From NCBI GenBank assembly GCA_013239625.1, contig MU053482.1, positions 347,168-411,167 on the forward strand: DNA of 64,000 nt. The letters run 5' to 3'. Within the stretch, counting starts at the first letter, position 1. Each line of letters starts with the position of its first letter. The position numbers were made by a program, and so were the translations under genes. This document shows positions 1 through 11,400 of the stretch, one piece after another. Source of the stretch: Lama guanicoe (Eukaryota). The notes under the pieces are model-generated. The model saw only the letters and a list, made by a program, of their open reading frames with translations, had not been told where the DNA came from and searched no databases.

Positions 1-4
1 TAGC

Positions 5-125
5 TTTTTATTATAGAAATTTTCAAATATATATATATATATATGTATACAGAAGGAGACAGAACAGTATAGTGAACTCTCATATACCCATTACACAGCT
101 TCAACAATTATCAACTCCTGGCCAA
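5..125 (-). mobile_element. L1ME-type 3' fragment containing a (TA)n microsatellite at about 27-43
   Basis: gaaattttcaaata...gaacagtatagtgaactctcatataccca...ttcaacaattatcaac. Confidence 0.6.
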
Positions 126-299
126 GAATTTATTATGATTTGACAAACTTCTATGATATAAGAACCAGGTACCAAGTCCCAAGCTAGGCCCTAGGGATCC
201 AAAGATGAATCAGAGTTCACAGTAACTCCAACCTGGAAGATATAATGTGGTCTTGGTCCTTGAAAGATGAGTAAGAGTTACCCAGAAGAAAGGTGTCCT

Positions 300-1055
300 C
301 ACTCATTCAGTCATCCTCTCACAACAAGTAATTGTTGTGTGGGAGGCACTGTCCTTGGTGCTAGGAACTTGTAAAGAAACAAGATTTAGTACCTGCCCTC
401 ATGAAGCTTGACTAACAGGGAAAGTGACATTAAGCATGTGATTAGAAATGTGATGAGTATCTTGCAGGAGATATGATCACAGGATGCTATGTGAGTGGAC
501 TAAATTTGGCCTCGGGAAGTTTGGGAAGGCTTTCTCATAAGGAAGTGGCACTTGTATGAGGGGAAAGGGTGAAGGAGATAGAGGTGATCCAGGAGAAGAG
601 AAAAATGACTCCAAGTCAAAGGAGCAGTACAAGGAGGCCAGTATGGATGCGACAGTGGAGAAGAATGGCATCAGGTGAGGTGGAAAGGTGGACAGGTACC
701 AAATCGAGGAGGGCTTTGTATGTTGAGCTTAGTGTTTTGGACTTTTTTAAGGGCAATGGAAAATCATCAAAGGGTTTGAGGCAGGGGAAAGGCATGTTCA
801 CCCTTGCCTTTTATATGATCACTTCTGGCTGCTCAATGGAGAATAGATAGGAGAAGAGCAAAACTAGGCAGTGTGGGGACCAGTTAGAAAGCAATTGATG
901 TAGTCTAGGTGGGAGATGATCATAGTGGTGGGAGCAGAGATGGAGGAAACTGCATAGGTTTTAGATATAATCAGGGGATTGAATTCACAAAAATTAGTGA
1001 TTGATTGGCTATGGTAGTATGAAGGAATGGATGACTTCCAGATTTCTGCTTGAGC
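300..1055 (-). mobile_element. L2 LINE remnant
   Basis: tcattcagtc...aggcactgtcct...cctgccctcatgaagctt...gatcacttctggctgct; bounds approximate. Confidence 0.6.
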
Positions 1056-2714
1056 AAATGAAGAAAAAAAATCCAGAAATATCACCCATTTACAAACAGC
1101 CCACCAGAATACTTGTCTTGCCAGTCCCACTGAGCAGGATGGCTGCAGTATCCAGGGAAGTCTCACCAAGTAACCAGAAGCTCACAGATAGGATGGTGAG
1201 GGTGGGGAAGAGGAGTCTAATTAGCTAAGATGCAAAAAGGAAAATTTACAGTTCACACTCAGTACAGTTTGACCCACACACAGTCTTCCTGAATCTCTGA
1301 TCCTAGGTCTGCAAAGCCTCCTAATCAGTGGGGAGTCAACTGGTGTCCTTTATCCATCCTTTCTCTGCTGTATCTCACCCCTCTTCTGATGCTCTTCATG
1401 GCTTAGGAGCAGCCAGTGGCCTATGAGCCACCTCAGATGCTGTGTGTGGTTTTGAGCAATGTAGGCCCCTCTGAGGCAGCATTCTTTTAAAATTATTATC
1501 TTGGACCTATCAGGAAAACCTTGAATTAGAAGCAAATCCATGCAGAGTCATTCACCAGGAGTACTGGCTTTATGCTGTTTGGTTTGATAGGTCAGACTGG
1601 TGAATACTTGTGTTACCAGGCAGTTGGCACCCAAGGCCCCCAAAGGGAAGAACAGAGCTTTCAACTCTTTCATCATCAAAGACACTTATGGAGTATAGGC
1701 AGTCTCTTCTACCATTACATGTAAGTATTGCTTTGATATTATCATTTTTCTTGTAGTTGATCCAATAAATCTTTTTTCTTCAGGGTGGTTGTTATCACTT
1801 GGGAAATCCATAAGGAGTAAAATCTTCCCACATGTTATATGCAGTGGAATTCATAAGACAGGTGCTAGGCCTGGCAAGGACGTCCTCAACACCCATCTTC
1901 AACAGGACCGTTCTAAAACATTCCCAGGTGGAGCGTATAGGAGGAGAAGAGAAAGGGACAGAGGACTGAACTTTGGGAATGCCAGCATTTGGCAAGGCAG
2001 CAGAGGAAAAGAAGGCCAAGAGGAAAACTAAGAAGAAACAGAGAATAAAAGAAGATCAGGAGAGAGTAATGTCATGGAAGAAATCCAAGGGAGGAAAGAC
2101 TTTCAAGGAAGAAAATGTGGTCAGCAACCTCAAACGTAGCAAAGACTTCCAAAGTCAAGGCAAAAAGTTATCCTTTGAGTTTGGCAACATAGAGGTCATG
2201 GATCCCCAGGATATGATCTGTATCAGCAGGAAATGGAGGCAGAAGCCACAGTGAATTGAGGAAAGGAAAATGAGGAAGTAGAATAAGTAAGTGCAGGGTC
2301 CCCTTTTGAGGAATATGGAAGAAAGAATAGACAGTAGATGAAAAGTGATATAAAGTTAAAGAGATTCTGATTTTGTCTTTTTTTTTAAAAGATGGCGAAT
2401 ACTTGAACATGGGTATGAACTACAAGAAGATACCAGTAGAGAAAATGAATTTCAAAGTAAAAAAGAAGGTGAGAGATCCTGGAGGTGATGAGAGGAGGTG
2501 GGATCATGGGCTCATGTAGAAGAACTGGACACCTGAACTTTACAGGCTGAAGGGATAGGGGCAAGGATAGGGGGTAGGTCGGGTAATTAATAAGGTGGGA
2601 GCAAGCAAGAGGTTTAGGTATTTCATGCCTAGTGATATCAATATTTTCAAAGTCTTGGGCCGAGGAAGGGAAGGAGGGTTGGTTGGAGAACAAGGAAAAC
2701 CTTGCAAGATAAAT

Positions 2715-3745
2715 ATCCTGTCATGAACATGTTGTTGTTGCCTTTGTTATCTGTGCAGCATCCTTTCCCCCTCTAATTAGTAACAGCACATCAGTTTTCT
2801 GTGAAGACCCATGCCCTCCCCAGTCTAAGTCTATGTGGTTCAGATGGGTATCATCCCAGCCCCACAACCCACTTTAATGGTGGGCTCCTAACCCAGGTCA
2901 AAGTGATCAATTCAAAGATAGGCACATGACTGTGTTTGAGCCAGTGAAAATAGATCCAAGAATTTTCCTGCAACTGTTGGGCAGGAGGTGCTGGTAGAAT
3001 GTAAGCCTGGTCTTACCTTGCTGTCAGGTGGGATGAGCTTGCCTGAGAATGAAGCCAACTCAAAGAAAGCACAGCTAAGGGATGGAAAGGGACAGATGCC
3101 TGATAACATCAATTTAATAGCTTTTTACCTTTTCCTGAAGTCATATGAGCTGATTTTTTTTTTTTTGCTTACACCACTTTAAGATGGGTTTTATTGTTTG
3201 CAACCAAGAGTTATGACGAATACATGAGACAGATATTGCCTGTTGGTACTCAGCCCCACATCCAGTCTTCTATAATCTCCTCTGTACCAACAAGGCTGGA
3301 AATCTGAAAACCGTATTTTACAGATTTCTGTGTCACCTCGTTCCGATTAGGTTCTGCCAATGAGAACCCTCACTTGAGGAAGGTGGGAAGAAGGGAAAAG
3401 TCCTTCTGCTTTTGGCAGTGCCTCTGGCAACATCAGCAGCAGTGGTTCCAACCTAGCGAATGGAGACCCTTCCAATAGCGTCAGCGATACAGACTCCAGC
3501 TTTGTCAGCAGCCAGTGCAGATTTGCGGGTTCTACCTCCTTGATCTTTGGCAATACCTTTTCTCCCTTTTCTCCTCTAAGCCAAGATTACTGGTAGTTTC
3601 CTGGTCTCTGGTAACCCTGCTTTCTCCTTCTGCTTCTCCAGATCTCCCCCACAACTTCGTAACAAATTCCTTGCTTTAAATTCCCATCTAATTGGAATAT
3701 CTAGAGTGCTTTCTGTATTCTTATTGAACGGTGATTGAAACAATA
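2715..3745 (+). mobile_element. Two adjacent old LTR remnants (MLT1-like about 2715-3223; LTR33-like about 3241-3745)
   Basis: LTR-type 3' ends tttgcaaccaagagttatgacgaataca and aaattcccatctaattggaatatctagagtgctttctg; bounds approximate. Confidence 0.5.
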
Positions 3746-3934
3746 CACATTCTCCTATTTTGCATACACATGTGCGTGCACACACATACACACCACACAC
3801 AAAGCTCAGAGAAGCTGAGGGTATCAAACCTCCAGAGTTAGTAAGTGGCCTAGCTGAGACTGGAGTTCAGATATGTCTGACTCTAAAGTTTTCACTCTTT
3901 CTCTGACCTAAAGCTGGGTTTTGTTATTCTTTTC

Positions 3935-4052
3935 TATTTATTTGTTTGTTTGTTTGTTTGTTTATGTATTACTTATAGAGGTACTGGGGATTGAACCCAG
4001 GACCACAGGTACGCTAAGCATGCGCTCTACCACTGAGCTATGCCCCACCCCC
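3935..4052 (-). mobile_element. tRNA-derived SINE, Vic-1-like (camelid)
   Basis: Minus strand GGGGTGGGGCATAGCTCAGTGGTAGAGCGCATGCTTAGC...GGTTCAATCCCCAGTACCTC, A and B boxes, (AAAC)n tail. Confidence 0.85.
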
Positions 4053-5180
4053 TTCTTTGTTTTTTTATGGCTAGATTAAATAGAAGTTAAAGGAGGCAGA
4101 GAAATAAAAGCATGGTTTAGAAAGTTGTTTAGATGATCAACCTTGATGTTCAGTTTGGGTAGGGAAAAAATGGCCTTCAGGGAACAGAGGACAGGGTGAG
4201 AATAAAGGGATCAGACATCTCTGTAAAGTCAAAGAGCAGGAGCGTGAGACTGAAGTCATGAGGGGGGCAGGGTGGATAAAGGGTAAGAGGTCGGGGTCAC
4301 AGATGGGATGTTGGAATTTAAGGAATCTCTTCACAGGTGGAGCAACTGTGAATGAGGATTAGGGTCTGAGTTTGGCCTTCCTAACTGGGTAGCTGAAATG
4401 GGGACTTCAGCAATTGAGGGGACATAGTCAGGAGATTGGTAGATGATGGTCACAAGAATGGCATGGCTCAACTGCTCGATGCTGAAGGAAGAGGAATTTA
4501 ACCTGCATAGAAGGAAGGAAAATGGCATAGACGTGTGTGGAGTCCTGCCAATGCTGAGACTGCTTCCCATTCACTGGGACAGCTGTGGGGGAGGGAAGAG
4601 GGCCCCTGGGGCAGAGCCTGGCCTCAATTAAGGCTGAAGGTAAAGAGCTAGAGAAGTGTATTAACTGTGGAGTGTGTGAAGAAAACAGAGAAGCTTATTG
4701 ACCATTGAGGGGGTGCATTTGAGAGGGCGCCGTGGAAAGTTTGGGAAGAAGAAGCACAATGATGAACGGGGAGAAGGGGCCATGGAGCAGCTTGGAGGTG
4801 AGGTGCTTTGCGCATGCACAGCCACCCCCAGCCCTGTTTTCTCCGTGTCCTGGGGCCACGCTGCGGTCAGTTATTAGCAGACGGAGGCAGAGTCCTGGCG
4901 CTGCTTCTTACTTGCTGTGTAAACACAGCAGTTCCTTTCTCTACCTTTGGCCCTCTGTTCCCCCTCTATGTGTCAATAGTCTGGAAGAAGCCAGTTTGTG
5001 ACCGGGATTCAGGAATCACTTGTGCAGAAATAAGATTTGTCCCTCAGTCCTCTCTTTCCTTGTCTCCTGCGGCCTCACTAGGAGCCTCAAAAGAGATGCT
5101 ACGAGCTTCTCCACTCAAAGACAGAAGTGAGATTGTCCCACAAGCAGGGCTCTTTGATTCAAGCGGAGAAGCCCTCTGGC

Positions 5181-5186
5181 TTTATT
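5181..5186 (-). terminator. HPX: HPX polyadenylation signal AATAAA
   Basis: tttatt on + strand about 40 nt past the stop codon. Confidence 0.85.
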
Positions 5187-5224
5187 GTAAGGCAAACCAA
5201 GAGAAGAGCTGGGCCAGACTCAAT

Positions 5225-5496
5225 TCAGGAGCCATTTGAAGGAAGGCAGCCCAGGAGGCTGTTTACTCTCTGGGGCTGGGGAGGGTTCTCGGCTGCGGTC
5301 AGTTTCTCGACATCACTGTAGCAGAACAAATTAGGGCCATGGATGAGGTACAAGCCCAGACCCTTGGCAGAGCACGAGTTGGGGCCGAGGAATTTTGTCG
5401 TACACAGGGCCCCATCGACCTTCTTGTGGGGCCAATGAAGCTCTGTCCACATGGCTTTAGGTCCTAACTTCAGGTCCAGCCACCACAGCCGCTCTC
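5225..5496 (-). CDS. HPX: HPX exon 10 (last coding)
   Basis: [32 protein letters not shown]...[10 protein letters not shown]. Confidence 0.96.
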
Positions 5497-8400
5497 CTGG
5501 GAAGAAGACACCAGACATTACATGGCTTCCACCTCATGGCTCCTACCCAGCCCTTCTCATGCCCCGATGGGGATCTGTGCAGTGAAGAAGTAGCAAAACA
5601 AGCCACCCCTTAGCACCAAACGCTCCTCACCTGCCACGATGTGGAGCCGAGAAGACCCAGGACAGGTAAAGGCTGCATCCACAGCATCAAGGGTGATCCC
5701 ACTAGGGCTCCCAAATTCCTTCTCCAGCCGCTTTGGATAATTCTCTACTAGGGTATAGCCTCCCTTCGTCAGGAAAATATACACCTGGGTGCCCTGGAGG
5801 ACAAAGGACATCAGTCAGCATAGAGCTGGATATTCTCCCAGTCTCCACCTCAAGCTTCTCTCCCAACACACACCTGGATCAGATAGAGTTTATCATCCCA
5901 GGAAAAGGCAGCATCCACTGTTGAAGGACCATGAGGCCACTGATGGTCAATGGGCCAGCTATGCCACCCCTCCCGGCTGGTGTCCAGACGCCAGTAGTTG
6001 GACCCTGTAGAGTAGCAGAGGCACCTCTAGTGCTGGTGGTAAGAGGCCAGGCAGTGAAGATGCAAGTGACAGATGCAGGGATGGGTCCTGAGAGGTAGCA
6101 GAGAATGCATCCAGAGGCCAAGAGGAAAGGGGCCCAGTGAGAAGGTGTAGAGCAGGACTTGGGTGGCAAAGCTGAGTGTTGAGACCTGATTGGAATTGGA
6201 GTTAGTAAGGCCAAGTCATCAAGGCCAACAGTGGCCAGGTTGCCAGGTAAGGCCAACGCCATGGGGTTTGGTGGGGGCTCCTTACGCATCTCAGGTGTCC
6301 GTGTGCAGAGACGCTACAATGAGGTGGTGGCCAGAAGTTAAAAAGGAAGCACTGCAGCCAGGTTCCCCTGGGTGTCCTCACCCTGGCTGGGTTCTCTAAT
6401 CCCTTCAGATAGCGGGAGAAGGGTGGAGTAGCCAGACCAGCGCCCTAACTTTCCTCTCCCCTTTTCATAATGACACATTAAAGGAACTGTATAAACCCTC
6501 ATTTACGTTTTCTTCCTCAGCCCACTTCACTTCCACTCCTGTTTCCCTCCTCCGTGGATACTTCTCTGCAAGGTCACCAGTATCCTCCAACTTGCCACAT
6601 CTAATGTCTTATCTTACACTACCTCTCAGTGGCATTTGACTGCTCACAGCTCCCTTCCTTTAATTTCTTTTTTTAGATCTTGGGTCCTGTGATTGCACAC
6701 TCTTTCAGTGTCCTCCTTATCTCTTTGACTCCACTTCAGCCTGGTATCTAATATTGGAATCCCCTAGTTTGGGCCTCTTCTCTATCCACACTTACTCTCT
6801 TGATGATTTCACCTAGTCCAGGGCTTTAAACGCCATCTACATGCTGATGACTTTCGATCTGTCCTCTTCAGCTCTGCTGGACCTCTCCTTTGAGTGTCAG
6901 GCTGAAACTCAGCTGCCAACCTGACATGTCCATTTGAGGCCATTAGGCACCAAAACACATTAAATTTATTCCTGCCCCCCCACACACACACTGTACTACT
7001 TCCCTACTTTTGCCCAATTTTAGGAAAAAGAACCACAAGTCACCCAGTTGCCCAGTCCCCAAAAGCTAAGTCATTCTGAAAACTTCTCTTTTCTCTTTCC
7101 TACTCTGACCAATGTCCAATGCATGGGTATGCTGCTGGCTCAACTTCCCAAATACATCATGATGACCCTTCACCCACCTCTGCTGCTATCACCCTAGTCC
7201 AAGCTGTTATCACCTTTAATCCAGACAGCTGCAGGAACTCCTAGCTGGATTCCCTGCATGCACAACTCTATCTCTGAGATTTATATTCCACAAGAAGCCA
7301 GGATGATCTTTAAAAAACTAAGTCAGAATGTATCTTGGCCCTACTCAAAACCCCTTCCTGGCTTCCTTTTAGAGTTGAAAATCCCTCCCAGGCCTGTATC
7401 ACCTGGCCCCTGCCTTCCTCTTCTCAAGCTCCTTTCCAATGCTCTCGCCTCACTGGCCTCCTTTCTTGACTCCTCAAAGTGTTTGCTGTCCATCCCCCTG
7501 AAAATGCTTTTCTCCCTCCAGTGCTTGATGTGGCTGATTCCCTTTTAATCACTGAAATCTCAGCTCAAAAATCTCTCGAGAGAAGGGGCCCCTCACTCTC
7601 TTCACTCCTACCCATTGTCCTGTTTTATTTTCTTCCCAGCTTTTTGGGGGCACTTAACATTTTTTAATCTTATATTTGAAAATATCAGCAGTTCTTAAAC
7701 CCCTGGTATTTGAGAATAAGAAGCATTCCGATGTGTTCACAGCTATTAAAGCTACTTGAAAGTATTCTCTTTCATTTTCTCTTTCTGATTTTCCTCTCTC
7801 CCTTTAGCAGTCTCTGTGAGGGCAGGTGTCTCATCGGCCGTGTTGACGACTGTATCCCAGTGCCTAGAATGATGCCCAGTGCCTATCAGGTGCCTGACAA
7901 ATATTTGGTGCTGGAAAAGTAGCTGGTGTTCTCCGTGCAGGCATAGGTTCTCTTTATGCACATTAACTGTGCGAGTCATGGTGACTACATGTCCACCTTC
8001 CCCTCCTGCTCACGGCCCCTAGTTTGAGAATCAGAGCTATGCTGCTCTTTGTGCAGAGTGAATAAGTGCTGAGCCCCCAGTCCCTCCGTAGCCAGTGGTC
8101 TGGAATAAAGGTGAGGGCTGGGCTGGTCCTGTTCTCTCCCTGGAAATCCAGGTAGGAAAAAGGGCAGCCGAGGCAGTTATTAGCTGGCTCTGAGGCTAAA
8201 AAGTCAGGGCCGGAGAGAAAGTGGAGAGGGCATGGTGGTCCACATTCAAGCTGAAGTTGGGACAAAGCAGGAAGAGTGGGTGAGAGGCTCCGAGGTAGGG
8301 ACAAGGGATTTATCAATAAGAGACAGGAGAGGCCCAGCCCTGTGCTGAGTGGCTGGGTCACCAAGGCAGTGCATTCTCTTCTCAGCTGGAGATTTTTAAT

Positions 8401-11400
8401 ACGACGGTGTTCTCTCGACAGCTATGGAATGTGCCTAATACTTTTGATTTAGAATTTAAGGTACATTCTGTTTATGGACACATGGCCTTGAGGTTCTGTG
8501 ATCTCGCCATGGCTGGGTGATCTCTCTACCTCTCTGTGTGGTCCTGTGGCCCTGTTTTCTCAGCGTCTCCATCTCCACATCTCTCCATCCATCTCCATCT
8601 CTGTCTATCTCTCTGTATCTCCATCGCTGTCTCACTTTGTCTGTGTGTCCTCCCAATGGTGCCTTGCTCTCACCAGGGCCTGCCCCAGGTTAAACTAGAC
8701 CAAAGGCCCCAGCTTCTTTCAGCTAGGAGACACTCACTTTCTGGAGCCCCTCCCCGCCTTTTCCTGGGATGGGCACAGCAAGCCAACGGAGCAAGCTGCT
8801 GGGTTGTTCCTGTGCTCGGGGAAGGGGACTGAGGAATGACCAAGAAACCCTGATTCTGCATTGTGCCCAGGAACTGCTTTTAGAAAGAGCCACAGCTGAA
8901 GATCCCCCAGCCTTTGGAACTTGAGCTCCTTGGTGGGGCACCCAGGTGCCATGCAGAGTCAGGGAAGCCTGGGAGTTGGCACGACCCTGAGATTTCCCGC
9001 AGACCCTGCCATGAGACCAGGGGCACTGGGAATAAAGAAAAATAACCTTTTTAAAAAAACAGCTGCACGTTCTCCCGATATTTCTGTGCCCTTACTCTGG
9101 CCTGTATTCTCAGTGTAGGTCTGCCTTTTCACCACAGGCGTCTGTTCTCAGCACAGTGTGGGGAGATGATCTCTTTGGGACTGTGTATTTTTCATTATGG
9201 CTTGGTAGCCATATCTGATGAGACTTGTTGAGGGGTTAAGAGCATGAAAAGATTTTTGCTCTTCTGTGTTCTCACCACTGTTTTACATTCTTGCCTGATC
9301 ATACAAATATCTCAGGCTGAGTGCAATGGAGTGATCCACTCCTTCGCTTGGAGCCGTCCTCAAGCACAGATTAAGACTCATCACTACCTGTCTGAGCAGC
9401 CCTGGAACACCCCTAGCTGTCATTAAATGGCTTTTTGCCAATAGTGCCACAGGTCTGGGGAGAAGGGTCTTCACTGGGCACTCAGAGGAGAAATCTCCTT
9501 GAGCTAGTGAAGCTATTGCCTAAAGATCCAAGGGACTGAGTGCTTTTTAGCTGGTTCTCAACAATGGGAACATCTCATCCCCAAGTAACACTGTGTCAGA
9601 GGCCTGGACATAGGAACCAGGCATCTGGAAAAATATAGAGCTCCTGGGGATAAGTTCAAGGGAGGAGGGTGGGCAGAGGGCCCTGCAAAATATGCAGGCG
9701 CCAAGGGACTACGAGGAGTCATAGGAGCCGAGAGGTCCAGAAAGGGCATCAACTCGGGAGCAGATGGTACTGGGAGGCAGACAGGTGGATGGAGTTAGAG
9801 GCCTGGGCAGCAAGAGACAGGCTGAGCAACAGGCATCCTAGGAGACGAGGGGTGAAAGGGGGCATGCTAGGATGCAAGGATGGGGGCCAAGGGACGAAGT
9901 ATGGGGCACATTGATGAAAATGGAGGGAATGCAGCAGAGACGGGAGGCACATGGAAGAGGCGGGAGGTGCGGAGAGCTGAAACAGGGGAGCTGGAGGGCC
10001 TCTCTTACCGCTGAACGCATAGGTGGCACCATGGTTGTCAGACAGCAGTGCCGACAAGACTAGATCTGGGCTGCAGCGCACATCCCCACGGTGGGTCGCA
10101 TTCTTGTGTGCATGGCCTGTGGGGAGAAATAGGTGAGGGGAAGCACAGAGGGAGGCAAGGGGTCAGAATAAGGTCTGAGGTGGAAGCGATGGCTGGGGTT
10201 ACTGGGGGTGGTGGTGGTGCAGGTTTTCCATAAGTGAGGACAGCTGAGAAGAGCCAGAGTGGAAGAGGGGTTAGGGCGAGGGCCAAGGTGTCCTTCCACG
10301 GGGTGAAGGTAGGAGCTGGGGCATATGGAGTCTGCTAACTCCGGGAAGGTGGACAATGTCCAGGAGGCCCCAGGGACTGGGGCTTTCTCACCTCTGCCAG
10401 GGCAGGGCATAAAGTAGTCCCGGACATCCAGAGGGTACTTGGACTGCACCTCTCCCGTGACGGGGTCGAAACGCAGGAACTGGTTCCCCCGGAAGCAGTA
10501 GTAGCGGCTGAGCCATCGCAGGGCAGAGGAGCAGTTCCCGACGGCTGGCCAGAAACGCTCCTTTGTGGTGTTCGTGGTCGAGTCCCAGAACCACGTATGT
10601 GTGCCTTTGTCCGATCAACCAATAAGCACTCAGTCAGGCCATGCCCTCCCTTGTCCTTTACTGGGCCCCAGAATGGACCAGATGTGGTTCTGGTCACCTG
10701 GAGTTCACAGCCCAGCAGGGAGACAGTCGAGGAAAGTCATCACACAGTAAAATTCAGCAGCAAAGTACACGTGATCAGCTCAGCAAGGGCAGTGGGAAGA
10801 GTCAGAGAAAGCATCCCAGGGAAGGTGATACTTAAACTAAAACCTGAAGCATGAGTTTCAAGGCAGACAAGAGTGGGAGATGGAACTCCAGAACAGCATA
10901 GAGTTCCTGGAGCTTCCTATTCAAGGCAAGGATCTGATAAGAGTAGAGGCTGGGGGATCAACAGGGACTTGGTCATGGAGAACCTTGTATGTAAGACTAA
11001 GGAATATAGATTTGTCCAAAGAGTCACAGGGGACAGTGAGGGACTTTTAGCAGAATTACCTTCCCCAGATGACTTCCTCTTTTTCCCCTACTTGACCTCT
11101 AGACTATAATTGGCTTCTCTATTTCTTCCCTTCCTTGGGAAACCCTATAGTGGTTTCGCCGCCACCACCACCATCCCTACCACTGCCTCCATAACCACCA
11201 GCCCACCACTACTCCAGGCTCTCTTATTCCAGCCTGGACTGACCTTGGAAGAAGAAGACACCCTCTTGTTGGCATTCTCCATGGTGACATTCCACAGCTG
11301 CATCCAGTGGGGATGGGATGCCAGGAAACTTATCTTGGAGCAACTGTGGATATTCTTTCTCCTTCTCAGGAGGGTATACCCAGACTTTGTTCCCCTGCAT

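Noticed and set aside
3978..4052. Possible tRNA genes (also 41024, 57580, 58560)
   Set aside because: A-rich tails, TSDs and a degenerate acceptor stem show they are SINE copies
9216..9298. C/D-box snoRNA-like TGATGA...CTGA
   Set aside because: Antisense to the host intron, no terminal stem, no obvious rRNA guide
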